NCBI GenBank assembly: GCA_964016885.1
Contig: OZ024741.1
Location: 225,370,001 to 225,434,000 of the forward strand
Source of the DNA: Eledone cirrhosa
Taxonomy: Eukaryota
Direction of reading: 5' to 3'
Length of the DNA: 64,000 nt
Position 1 is the first letter of the stretch, and every line of letters begins with the position of its first letter. Of this stretch, positions 25,094 through 39,000 are shown one piece after another. The notes under the pieces are model-generated. The model did no database searches. It had not been told where the DNA came from and was given only the letters and a program-made list of their open reading frames with translations. Both the position numbers and the translations under genes were made by a program.

Positions 25094-28000
25094 TAGACGT
25101 GTGTAACTTCGCGGAGAAGTTTCCGTTAATTTATGTAAGAAAAAAAACGTGAGTTTTCAGTTAACTTTTATATTCTTGTGTAACTTGACCCCCCGTCTGG
25201 ACCTTCAGGTGGTGGGTCAACTCATTTTCGCCCCTACAGGGGCGAAATATTCGTTTGAAAATGTTTTTCTCCATCGAATTTTTGAAAAAATAAATATTAT
25301 AAGTTTGATGACGTTATGAACGCTGCGTTCAACGATAATGGTGGTGGAGAGTCGGTAAGACTACAGAGCTCGCAGTCAACATCGTCTTCTTCCCTAGATA
25401 CTATAGAGATGGAAAGACAAAATGAAAATGTAAAAACAAATTCAAATCCAAACATCACAAATGACACCAAACAGTTCAATGACAACAAAAATAACAGCAA
25501 CACCAATAATAATGATAAAAACAACAATGATAACAACAACAAAGAAAAAATAAAGACAACACCAATAACACCAGCAACAAAGACAACAACAACACCAACA
25601 CCAACACCAAGGAAAATACGAATAATATCAACATCGGTGACAACAAGAATAACAACAACAATAACAACAACAAAGAAACCAAAAATCTCCTTTGCACAGA
25701 CAGTTCAGAAAAAGGAGGAACTGACATATCTCGAAATAACAAATGCCGAACAACTTTTAAAGGACGCTAGGAGATATGTCACTTTCGAAAAAAATGGTGC
25801 TTTCAGCATCAATTCTCCGGTAGAAATTCGCAAGGAAACTGCTCTCAAAACGCTAGTTTTTAGGACAGTTTCCAATTCTACCCGAAAACCAGTCCAATTG
25901 TCACAGAAAGAAATTGAACTGGTTTTCAAAAATTCAATGAATGATATTGCATTCATTCAAAGAAGCAAACTTTTTGGGAGTATATCGGTACTCATGAAGG
26001 ATCAATTGACGGCCCAAAATTACTCTGTGTCGCCAATTATATCCATTCTGTACACCTTTTTCCCTACATACATGGGAAAAAGGACACAAAAGATCAAAAT
26101 CATGAGTGTCACACCAAAGGTGAACATATGGTGGATACTGTGCGGCTTCATCAATTTTGATGAAGACAGAATACTGTCAGTAGGAAAGTCCCCCAGAGAT
26201 GTATTCAATGGGACTAGCATTGAAGTTCTGGTGCAAATGAGCCCAGAGCGAATAGCTATGATCTCACAACGTGTACTCCTGGACGGACTCACCTACATAA
26301 ACTTTTCGGTTGAGGGTAGGCGGCCTTCATGTTACCATTGCTTTAGCAGGGGGTCACCTGAGGGCTTCCTGTCCTAAATTAATGAGTAAAAAAAAGGCTC
26401 TTCTGCCGACACCCATCAAAACAACACAACTACCAACACCACCACAACAACAACAACACCAACACACAAAAATAACCACAAAAAACACAGTCCCACCCAA
26501 CCCCACTCCACCTAAAACCACTGCAAAATCACATACAGACACAACAGATCCCCAAGACATACCCCTCCCCAATCACACAGACGATACAACAGATGAGGCT
26601 ATCTCGCCATCACCCAGTGAAGACGAGGGAGAACCCCATCGCTCGAAAAGAAAGAAAAGACATCACAAAAGCAAAAAACCAGCAAACACTACCACAAACA
26701 TACAACCACCAACACAAACAACAAAAACATCACAAACAAAACCCCCACCTCCTGAAAACAAAATACATACAACAAAACGAAAGCACACACAAGAACTACA
26801 GACAAAAACAAACACAAGACAAGAAAATTACACTTACACTTACATAAACACTGAAAACAAAACACGAATGGAGACCATCACGAACGACCCTTCGGTGAAA
26901 ACCGAAGGGAAAACTTTCGACAATCTATTAAAAATAACAAAAAACTGAACCTAAAACTGATTAGGGTCCCTATAGAAACTTATAGGTCCCTAAAAGAAAC
27001 ATTTGAGAAGGATGTGGGGAATTCCTGCATGAAACCACTTAACCGCGTCCTTCTCAAATGTCTCCCCACCCCAGATACCCCCATCCCACCAGACCCCACC
27101 CCACCAAACATCTCCGTCCCCACCCCACCGGAAACCACCACCCATCCAGACAACCCCTCCAACACCCTCATGGAAATCGTGCGGCCTGGTCCCCAGGAGA
27201 CGAAGGGTGAGTGATCTCTTTTCCTCTTTTAACTTTTCAGCACCAACATGGCCAATATAAGAGTTGGATGTGTGAACGTACGCGGCCTGGGGATGCCCTG
27301 GAAACAGGGCAAACACTTAAATGACCTCAGGTCGCACAGTATGGATGTGGTAGCCATATGCGAGTCCAGGATCCACAGCGAGCGACATCTGGCCCCCATC
27401 TTCGATGACTTTGAGATTTACGCATCTCTCTGTCAACCGGGGGGTGGGGGCGGAGTTGCTGTTTTGCTGCGGAAACGCCTGGGCCTCGTAACACAGACGG
27501 TACATCTGGACCCGGACGTCGACTGGTGGTCCTAGACGTTGACGGTAATGAAGGTGGAGCCTTCAGGCTGGTGGCCGCATATGCCCCATCCGCGACACCG
27601 CGGCCAGTCTTCTTCAAACGTCTAGAGACTTTTCTGGGAACGTGACGCTCCTTGCTTTTAATGGGGGACTGGAATGGAATCCTAGATGCACGTTGGGACT
27701 ATGTGGGAGCGTGTCCCGATAAAGGGGGATGTAACAGACTCAAACAGTTAATCGACCGATTTGACCTGGCCGATTGATATCGACTAGATTTTCCGACTGC
27801 GCCACTGTGGACGTGGATTAATCGTAGCGGAACATCTAGATCGTACCTAGATAGGGTTCTAGTTAGAAATAAGGATAGGGACATGTTAAGCTGTCCAAAT
27901 GTTCATGGTTGCCTATTCAGATCACAAACTAGTGACCTGCATGGCCAACCTTGATAGAACCCATAGACAAGGACCCGGCTACTGGAAGCTGAACTTGTCG

Positions 28001-30906
28001 TTACCGACAAGCAAAGCCTACAGTAGACGGATTAGCACTTTAGTTAAACAGCACTTGACAGGGGCCATTTGACAACAACAGATGGTGGACTCTCTCAAGA
28101 AGGCAGTTAGATTAGACTCGATAGTTTTTAGTAAAGAATTAGCGTTAGATAGAAATAGAACCGAGAAGGAACTGGTAGATAAAGTAGAAGAGGCAATTAG
28201 AAGTGGCAACGTAGCCAGCGTGCTAGCAACGAGAACAGCCCTGGACCAGTTCTTCGACGCAAAGCACGAGGGGTGCGTTGTCAGAAGCAAAATACGTGCT
28301 CTGGGAAACGAGGGAGCCAAAGCTGTTAGCTGGGCCCGAGTGACGGAAGCAAAAAGTTGCAACAAGTCCACGATTTGGTATTTGAAGGACCAAAACGGAC
28401 GCGTGATACGTGAGCCGAAGCAGATGTGTGCGGCTTTTCAGTGGCACTTTGCTCGGCTGTTCAGGGGGGGAGGCGGGAGAGGCTATGGATTTCGGTCCAT
28501 ACCTCGACGGCCTACCGCGACTCTCGGACAGCGAGGCAAAGTTCTGCGAAAAGCCGATTTCAGCCACTGAAATAGGGGATGTGCTGAGCCAATGCGGCAA
28601 ACGCAAATCTCCAGGTTTCGACGGTCTACCCTACGAATTTTACGTAGCAATGCCGGACTTATTCTCCGGTCTCCTGGAAGCGGTCTACTGCAACTGGCAA
28701 CAGAACGGGAGAATTCCCAGTTCTGTAACCGGGGGCGTGGTCACACTAATCAGGAAGGACGAGAATAAGGGGGATGACATAGGCAACTTCCGGCCCATAA
28801 CTCTGCTAAACACAGAGTTACAGATTTTGGCCAAGGTGTTGGCAAAGAGGCTGGCGCTTGTCGTCGAGAACCTGGTGGGAGAAGCGCAGACATACGCAAT
28901 CCCGACCAGGTCCATACACGACAACCTCCACCTCATGCGATACATCATAGAGAGGGTAGGGTGTAAACCCGGCTTCGGTGGGGCCCTGATCAACTTGGAT
29001 CAGTCTAAGGCTTTCGATAGGGTTGACCATCGTTACCTGGATGTGGTGCTCGAGGCGGCAGGCTTCGGACCCGTGTTCAGGGGCTGGATTGCTGCAATGC
29101 ACAACAGCAACATCTGCTCAAGGGTCAAGGTGAACGGCTACCTCTCGGAGCCGTTCCATATTACGCGATCCATTCGACAGGGATGCCCTCTCTCCTCCCT
29201 TCTGTACGTACTGACTCTCGAGCCACTACTGCGGAAGCTGGAGCTATTGCAGGGCATCCCTCTGGAACCGGGACTGCGGAAAGCGGCGTCGGCCTACGCC
29301 GACGACGTCACAATGGTGGTGTCGAGCGCCTCGCAAATCGAGGAAGTCGGCACCTTACTGAAGGAATACGAAAGTCTCACAGGAGCGAAGCTGAACCGGG
29401 ACAAGTCCATCGGTTTGCAACTCGGATCTTGGAGAGGCAAACCGATGCCTTCCGATGGCGTCGTCGGACGCTGGACGGAAGGACCGGTATAGCTGCTCGG
29501 GGTCTGGTTTGGTCCGGACCTCCAGGTGGAGAAGAACTGGAACAAAGTGACGGCCAAGGTGTTTGCACTCACCCAGAAATGGGCCGAGTGCAAACTATCC
29601 TTGAAAGGTCGAGCGGAGGTGGCGAACACTTTTATAGCGTTCGTCATCTACTACCGCTTGACCGTCGTGCCTTGTCCAGCCAAAACGCTCGCCAAAATGG
29701 AGCGAGCGCTCTTCCGATTCCTTTGGAAGAGGCGGGCTCCTTTGGTGAGAAGATCCATCTGCTGCCAACACCTTCTAACGGAGGGCTGGGGTTGCCGTGG
29801 TTGACGAAGCGCAAACACGCGCTCAGGCTTCGGCATCTCTACGTATTCCTCACCGGACAACTGGTGTGGGCCCCGTTCGTGAGGCGAGCCTTCCCACGAC
29901 TCGTCTCGCTGACCGAGCTGCAGTCCTGGGTCAAGCAAAGACCGAGGAAAATGGTCGACTGGCACATCAAATGTGCTCAGGCGCTCACAGCCCTCTGGCA
30001 GGCGGACCCGGCGATCAGTGGAGACTCCACTTCGTCATTCTATAGAGGGTTGGTCCGCAGCAAGTGCGACGACGCGCTCGGTGAAACTCTAGGCGTAGAG
30101 GAAGATGAACTGGCCAGTCTGTTCGGTAGGACCTACCGCCCGGGACCGATGGACAACTTCCAAAAGTCCCTGGCCTGGCAGTGCTACAGAGGAGCTCTAC
30201 CAGTTCGAGACAAGCTCTACAGACATGGGCGCCCAGGCAGGGACCCTGCAAAAAAGATCTGTCCGAGGTGCGTGCGAGACGAAGAAACCGTCGCGCACGC
30301 ATTCATACACTGCCCGGGCGTCACTGACCTGTGGGGCTATGTAGAACGACTATTGTCGCGGGTGGGACCAATCCAGTTGACCACCGAGTCCATTGTCATG
30401 ATCAAACCGCCACACTCCTTCAAAAACGAAGGAGAGGCGGTTTTCCTTAGCTATGGCGAAAGAGGTTGTATGGTGGACAAGGTTGAAAGGGCTGAGGTCA
30501 GACACCTTTCTCCCCGGCCAACAACTGATTCTTTTTTTCAAATACCACTTTGGAAGAAGAATCAGGATGGAGAGAGAGGTGCTGTACCCCAGCAAGTTTT
30601 ATGAAAGGTGGGTGAAAGTGGCGAGAATGGCCCGAGTGAATGGGCCTTCTCTCTATATCAGCCTGTAGGTTGAGGAAAAGGAGGAGGAGAGGAGAGGAGT
30701 ACAAACTCTTCGTACTCCTGGAGATGAGGGTTGCACATTTTTTTTCGGGGGTATGTGTTACCCATATAAACTGTCTCCCTCTATTGGGGAAAATCGACTA
30801 ACTTTTTAAATTGCATTTGTGATAACATTTTACACGTTTTTATTGTATGTAAACTTCCCCCTTTGTATTTGTCCCCTTCTTTTGTGCCCCTGTGGCTAAT
30901 AAAGAA

Positions 30907-30907
<1 letters not shown>
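25094..30907 (+). mobile_element. Full-length degenerate Tx1/L1-clade LINE, copy B
   Basis: ORF1 starts at 25316 (YMGKRTQKIKI, EGRRPSCYHC). ORF2 27248-30668 has several frameshifts and stops and ends RVNGPSLYISL like copy A. Bounded by (TCTA)n on both sides. Confidence 0.93.
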
Positions 30908-30998
<91 letters not shown>

Positions 30999-31007
30999 CT
31001 TTATCTG

Positions 31008-34000
31008 CCTGACGCGTGGAACTTCGCCGGTAAGATATTTTGTAAATTTATATACGAAAAACTGAACAAATTGTTTGAAAAAACATATAATTTTGTAGAT
31101 TAACCCCCAAGCTGAATTGTCAGCTGGGTGGTAATACCATTTTTCGCACCTGTGGGGGCGAAAATTTTATTAAAAAATCAAATTTTGCCAACTATAAAAC
31201 ATGAATAACTCGAAAAGAACGCTAGAGAAAGTTGAGAGAGAGAGAGAGAGAGAAGAGAGGAAAAGAGGCAGATATTAATGTTATATCTGCTTCTGCTACT
31301 ATGGACGTCGCCATAGATACGACTGTCAACAAAGAGAAAAAGATACCACTTGAAGATTTTAAAATTTCTACCCTCGAAGCGGAGAAAAATAACAATAACA
31401 CACAGGAAAACACAGGAATTAAACCTATTAACATACATACACATGAAAAAGATATCTACAACTCCACAGATATATCTACACATAAAGTTTCACTTCGTCA
31501 ATGAATTGAGATTTCCAACACCGAGGCTAACAACGATAACAACAACAACAACAACAGCAACACCACACACAAACAAATGTATTTCGCTGAAACTGAACAA
31601 AAAACAAGATTTTATAAATATTGACATCTCCAATGCAAAAGATATGCTTCAGCAAGGGAGAACATTTGTAACTTAACTCACCCCTCGAAATAAAAGAAGA
31701 GACATTTTGAAGGACAGTGACCTTCAGGACTGTATCAAATAGAACGAGAAAGCTGATATTTGTTAGTCAAGGAGATAAGAAACCAACTTGAAAGAAATTC
31801 TAGCAAATATTGACTTTCTCCAACGAGGAAAACAGTACGGAAGTGTTTCCGTACTGTTTAAAAGCGAGGCACTCGCCCAAAAACATTCTGTGACATCAAT
31901 GGTGTCAAAAGCATTCACCTTTTTCCCTACATACATGGGAAAAAGGACACAAAAAATAAAAATAAAAAATATACCACCAAACATTAATATCTGGTGGATC
32001 TTGGCTGGCTTCGTAGAGCTAGAGACTGATATGATTCTTTAGATACTAAAGTCTATTAGACAAAGGTGGGCGGATACTGATTTGGAGATTCTGATGCAAA
32101 TGAGGCCGGAGAGAATCTCCAAAATACCCGAAAAAGTCGTCATCGACGACAACAACAAAATAAACATTTCGGTAGAAGGGCGTAAATTTCATTGCTTTCG
32201 CTGTGGTAGCACAGCACACCTAAAAGCCTCCTGTCCTTCACGAACACGCCACAACAACATCATTAAAAAAACACTATTACCAAAACCAACACCAAAACAA
32301 CCACCACTACCACAAGTACAACAGCAGACGAAACGAGCAACCACACTAAAACAAACAGCCACTCAACAACAACAACAAAAAACACCCCTGAAGAACACAG
32401 CCCCCCCCCCCATCCCACTCCATCAAGCACTACCACAAACACACACACACCGAAACACCACCACCTCACAACATACCCCTACCCCACACTCCTGACGATG
32501 ATTATTCACCGACAGATGAGGCTGCTTCTCCTTCTTTAAGTGAAGAAGAGGGAGAGCCGCGGAAATCTAAAAAACAAAAAAAGTGACACCACAAAACCCC
32601 CAAAACTCCAATCACCAACACCAACACACAACCACAGACACAAACAACAACACAAACAACACCACAGTCAAACACCCCCCTATCAGCAAAACCAGCACGG
32701 CCAGACTTCTTTAAGCGTCTAGAGTCTTTTCTGGGAACATCTCGCTCCTTACTTTTAGTGGGGGACTGGAATGGTATCCTAGATGCACGATGGGACTATG
32801 TGGGAGCATGTCCCAGTAGAAGTGGGTGCAACAGCCTCAAAACTTTAATCGGCCAATTCCAACTGGCCGATAGGTATCGACTGGATTTCCCGACTGCACC
32901 ACAGTGGACGTGGGCAAACCGTAGCGGGACATCTAGATCGTATTTTGATAGGTTCTTCATTAGAGAAAAGGACAAGGAGATGTTAAGCTGTCAACGAATG
33001 CACATGGTTGCTAATTCAGATCAGAAATTAGTCGTCTGCTTAGTCAACCGTGATAGAACACATACACAGGGACCCGAATACTGAAAGCTGAACGTGTCGT
33101 TGCCGGCACGTAAAGCTTACAGTGAACGGATAAGTAGACTAGTCAAGCAACAGTTAACGGGAGCCATCGTCAACAATAAATGGTGGTACTCTCTCAAGAA
33201 AGCAATTAGAATAGAATCGATAGTGTTTAGCAGAGAGTTAGCCTTAGAGATAAACAAAATAGAAAGAGAACTAGTAGCCAAGGTAGAGGAGGAGCTTAGA
33301 AGTGGCAACACGGCTAGAGTGCTAGCGTCGAGAACGGCACTGGACCAGTTCTTCGATGCGAAACACGAATGCTGCGTGGTCTGAAGCAAAACACGTGCTC
33401 TAGGGAACGAAGGAGCGAAAGCTGTCAGCTGGGCCCGAGTGGCGGAGGAAAAAAGTGGCAACAAGTCCACGATTCGGTCTTTGAAAGACCAAAACGGACG
33501 CGTGCTACTTGACCCCAAGCAAATGTGCGCGGCCTTTCAGCAGCACTTTGCGCGATTGTTTGAGCGGAACGACGGTGAGCCGAACGGGGCAATGGACTTT
33601 AGTTCATACCTCGAATGCCTGCCGCGTCTCTCGAACACAGACGCCGAGTTCTGCGAAAGACCGATCACGGACACTGAGATACGAGACGCTCTGGGCCGCT
33701 GCGGGAAACGCAAGTTACCCGGTCTAGATGGTCTACCCTATGAGTTTTACATAGGCATGTCGGACTTGTTCTCTGGCGTCCTCGAAGCCGATACTGCAAT
33801 TGGCAGCAGAACGGGAGAATTCCCAGTTCTGCAGGCAAGGGCGTAGTAACGCTGAACAGGAAAGACGAGGACAAGGGGGACGAAATTAACAACTTCAGGC
33901 CCATAACTCTGCTCAACACAGTGTTAAAGATTTTGGCCAAGGTGCTAGCGACGAGGTTGGCGCTTGTCGTCGAGAACCTGGTAGGGAAAGCGCAAACGTG

Positions 34001-35932
34001 TGCAATTCCGACCAGGTCCATACACGACAACCTCCACCTCATGCGATACATCATAGAGAGTGTGGGTAGTAAACCCGGCTTCGGTGAGGCTCTGATCAAT
34101 TTGGATCAGTCTAAGGCATTCGATAGGGTCGACCATCGATACTTGGAATCGGTTCTAAAGGCGGCCGGTTTTGGTCGCTTTTTCAGAGGCTGGATCGAGG
34201 CGATGCACACCAGCCTCTGCTCGAGGGTCAAGGTGAACGGCTACCTATCGGAGCCATTCGCAATCACGCGTTCCATTCGTCAGGGGTGCCCTCTCTCCTC
34301 CATTCTGTATGTATTGACTCTAGAGCCACTACTGCGGAAATTGGAGCTGTTGCAGGGCATCCCTTTAGAACCGGGACTGAGCAAAGCGGCGTCGGCTTAT
34401 GCCGACGACGTGACGGTAGTAGTATCGAGCAACTCGGAAATCTGGGTGATCTGCAACTTACTGAAAGAATATGAAACGCTGACGGGAGCAAATCTAAACC
34501 CGGACAAGCCTGTCGGTTTGCAACTCGGTACGTGGAGAGGCAAACCGACGACGTCCGACAGCGTCGTTGGACGCTGGACGGACGGACCGGTGAAATTGCT
34601 CAGGGTCTGGTTCGGTCCAGACCTCCAGGTGGAGAAAAACTGGAACTAGGTCACGGCCAAGGTGTTTGCGCTCACCCAGAAGTGGGCAGAGTGCAAACTG
34701 TCGTTTAAAGGTCGAGCGGAGGTGGCGAACACTTCCATAGTGCCCGTCATCTACTACCGCTTGACTGTCGTGCCTTGTCCCCGTGAACCCCTCGCCAAGA
34801 TGGAACGCATGCTCTTCCAGACTCTGTGGAAGAAGCAGGCTCCGCTGGTGAGGAGGTCAGTCTGCTGTCAGCACCCTTCCAACGGATGGCTGGGAATGCC
34901 GTGGCTGATGATCCGCAAACATGAGTACCGTTTGTGAGACTGGCTTTCCCACAGCTCGTCTCGCTGACGGAGCTGCAGTCCTGGGTCAAGAAAAGACCGA
35001 AAACGATGAGCGCCTGGCACATTGAATGCACCCAGGCGCTCACAGTCCTCTGGCAAGCGGGCGCAGCAATCAGTGGCGACTGCACTTCGACATTCTATAG
35101 AGGGATTGTACGTTACAAGGGCGACGACGTGCTCGAAGAGACTCTGGGCGTCGAAGACGATGAGCTCACCAGTCTGTTTGGTAGGACCTACCGCCCGGGA
35201 CCGATGGACAACTTCCAAAAGTCCCTGGCCTGGCAGTGCTACCGAGGAGCTCTACCAGTTCGTGACAAGCTCTACAGGCACGGACGCCCCGGCAGGGATC
35301 CTTCCAAGAGGACGTGTCCAAGATGCGCGCAGGACATGGAAACAGTCCTGCACGCAATTGTACACTGCCAGGGCGTAACCGACCTGTGGAACTATGCAGA
35401 ACAACTGCTGTCACGTATGGGACAAATCCAGTTGACTGCCGAGTCCATAGTAAGGATCAAACCACCAGCCTCTTTCAAAAACGAGATAGAGGCGGTTTTA
35501 CTCTGTACAGTGGCTATCCTGAAAGAAGTTATATGGCGAACGAGATTGAGAGGACTGAGGACAGATGCCTTTCTCTCCGGACAACAATTGATTCCCTTCT
35601 TTAAGTATAACTTTAAAAGGAGAATCAGATTGGAGAGAGAAGCACTGCACCCCAGTAAATTTACTAAAAGGTGGGTGAATGAAATTAAAATGGCCCGAGT
35701 GTTTGGGCCTTCTCTGTTTATAAGCCTGTAGGTTAAAGAAGAGAGCAAAAGGAAGAAAGAAGCACTTATACAACACGCTCCTGGAGTTGAGGGTTGTTCT
35801 ATCGACGGGGTATTAAACAACCCATTTGTGGCGCTTTCCCCCTATTAGCGATTTCGATTGTTGTAATTGTTTGTTTTATATTTTTTACACGGCATGTCTT
35901 TGTATTGTGCTCCCTTGTGGCAAATAAAGAAA
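31008..35932 (+). mobile_element. Degenerate Tx1/L1-clade LINE, copy C, with an internal deletion
   Basis: An ORF1 remnant (CFRCGSTAHLKASC) joins near 32696 directly to mid-APE (PDFFKRLESFLG). RT YADD lies near 34400 and ORF2 ends at 35731. The 3' end is AATAAAGAAA then TCTA. Confidence 0.92.
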
Positions 35933-36012
35933 TCTATCTATCTATTTATCTGTCTGTCTGTCAGCCTGTCTTTCTATCTATCTATGTAACCCTCCCCCCT
36001 TCTCTATTTATC

Positions 36013-39000
36013 TGTAGCGACGTGGTTAGTCGGCCTGGTTCGCTACTTCTGATCGAATCTGAGAATAGCCCTTAAAAGGACTGTTATCGCATACGGTCTG
36101 ATCGGATCTGAGGATAGCCCTTAAAAGGACTGTTGTCACATACAGTAAGGATAAACAGACGAAAGCACAAGTTGAAAAGACGAGCAAGGCGAGAGATGTA
36201 GTTTCGGTCAGCTATTTATTTTCATACATGAAGCGACGATACAGAGGTACAAGACGTGTGTGAGTGACAAGTGTGGCAGAGGAGAGGAACAACGATACGT
36301 GAGTTGACTCTGCCAACGGTCGACTGGCGAAAGTGTTTGGAATCACTCTATTTATACAAAATAATCGTTTGATGTTTAGCCGCTGCGTAGGCGTTTTATT
36401 TTGGTGGCTTAAGGGTTGTTTGTTTCTCGGTGAGGTAGCTAGGTAGGCAGATAGATAGAGTTGTTTATTTCACAGATGTTATTTCCGGTGGCTGTACATT
36501 AGCCGCCTGCCAGATCTTTTGTACAACAAAAGAGCGAAACATCGTATAGTAATGAGCCAGTGGTGCATTTGTCATGACAATAGCCCAAGGAGTGTCCAGT
36601 ACGTTGTGAAATTTGGTGATCATCTAGTATAGGACAGAGTCGCTGTAGAGATGATATGGCAAGATGTGTGTGTCCGGAAGAAAAAAACCAGATTTATGCA
36701 GGCGTGATGAATGAGTCTGTTGCAATTTGGGTTGAGCTGCCTGTGAATTGCGTGACAAAAAGTCTAACAGGGCAGTGAACATAACCGTAATGTGTGAAAT
36801 GAATGGCCGTAAGCATGTTGCTTAAAAGTAACAGTTTGCTCCAAAGCATATGACTTGAGCGAATGCATGTGGTAAAAAATAGCGAGGCATTCTCGAGCTA
36901 TTGAGTGGATATGTACGTAAAAAAGAAGGCCAGTGTTTTGAGGATGCGATTTGTGAAATGCGTGATCAAAGAGAAAACATTTTGTAGCGTAAGAGTTAGA
37001 GGGACAAAATATCTATTGCTCAGTGTATGAACCAAAGATGAAACAAACTTGGTTGTGTAGTGTGCATGAAAAATAGAATATCTACACGCCTTGTATGTAT
37101 ATATTAATTATGGCAATTACACAATTAATATTGCAGAAAATGTAAAATAAAAAAATGTTTGCAAAACAAGAGAGAGAAGAAAAAAAAATGCTATACACAA
37201 TGTTTGTTCTTAAATAGTGTTTGTAATAGATAATGTTCACAATAAATAATGTTCTTCGTGACATGAGCACATGGTCACTAAAAATTGCAATTGTTCAAGC
37301 AGAAAGTTCATTGTATTCGAAACTGGAAATAATAAATACAAGGAAAATGGAAATGTTTTGCAAGAAGAATGATTAAGAAACTCACTTGAGGTTTACGGTA
37401 ATTCACATATTGTGCCAACTTGGCGGGCCAATGGACACGTCGTCCACTTCTCGTGACTGGAGATGAAACAGGTGGCTTGCTGGGACAGCAATCTGTTGGA
37501 GTTTCTGGTGTAGAGACTGTAACAGTATCCATGATGGCGTTTTTTAATCTGTCCACGCTGACAGAATTCTGTTTACCATTTTGATCGAGAATAAAATATT
37601 TCGGATATTTTTTTAGAACACGATAAGGGCCAGAATATGGAGGTCGAAGATGAGCTGAGATGGTGTCGTTTCGAACGAAAACGTGTGTCCAATCTTTAAT
37701 GTCTGAAGGTACATGTGTGGACGGGTGCTTGTAGGAGAAAGGTGAGACATATATAATCGAAGACGGTGTAAATATGATCCTAGGTCCTGAGGAGAGATGG
37801 GAGCAACCATCTGATCAGGTAGAACCAGGGTGGTGCTGTACACTAATTCTGCAGGTGTGTGACCGAATTCTTCCTTAACGGTAGATCGAATGCCCAGAAG
37901 GATGAGTGGCAGGTATTCAAACCAGTGAGTCTTGTCTGGATATGCTTTTATTGCAGCTTTCAATTGGTGATGGAATCTTTCCACGAGACCATTAGCTTGC
38001 GGGTGATAAGCTGTCGTGTGGATGTGTTTACATCCTAACAGGCGAGTCAGTTCCCTGAAGAGGTGGGAGTCAAATTGGCGTCCTCTGTCCGTTGTTATCT
38101 TCGCTGGGGCGCCATAACGTGATACCCAGTGTAAAACCAAAGTTTTAGCGACTGTTTCCGCTGAGGTATCACTTATGGGAAAGCCTCAGGCCAACGGGAA
38201 AAACGATCTATGCAGGAGCAAGTGTGTGCAGTTCTGTGATGGCGGTAGAGGTCCAACGATGTCGATATGCACATGATGAAAACGTGCATCAGGTTGCGCG
38301 AATGTGCCGAATGGAGTTTTGATGTGTCTCTGGACTTTGGCTTTCTGGCAGGGAATGCAGCTCCTGGACCAGTCGCGCACGTCCTTGTTAATGTTAGTCC
38401 ACACAAAACGAGCAGAGATGAGTTTCTGTGTAGCCCGGATTCCCGGGTGAGACAAGCAGTGTAAAGCAGAAAAAACTTGTCGACGATGCATATGTGGTAC
38501 GTACGGTCGTTCATGACCGGTAGAAAGGTCACACCAAATTTGTCCCAGAGAAGAAGGAATGGGAACTTGCTGAAACTTGAGGGATGGCGAATCTCGGAGC
38601 TTGATAAACTCTTCGTCAGTCTCTTGGTCAGCTGCGATCTGTTGAAGGTCGATGCCTGAATGTACATGTATTGCGCTCAGCTGCATTCGGGACAGGGCGT
38701 CGGCTGCTACGTTGTCTGATCCCTTGATATGCCGAATATCAGTTGAATATTGGGAGACAAATTGCAGGTGGCGGAGTTCTCTTGGTGAATGTTGATCAGG
38801 TTTGGTACGGAACGCATAAACTAGTGGTTTATGGTCCGTGTAGATCACGAAATCCGATCCTTCGAGCATGTGACGAAAATGTTTAACTGAAAGGTAGGTT
38901 GCCAAGAGTTCGTGGCCAAACATACTCTATTTGGTTTCAGCATGTTGCAACCGCTTAGAAAAGAAGGATAAGGGTTGCCAAACGCCGTCGACATATTGTT

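Noticed and set aside
36049-36146. Two 49-bp direct repeats, superficially CRISPR-like
   Set aside because: There are no spacers or cas genes; it is an internal LTR duplication present in both LTRs.
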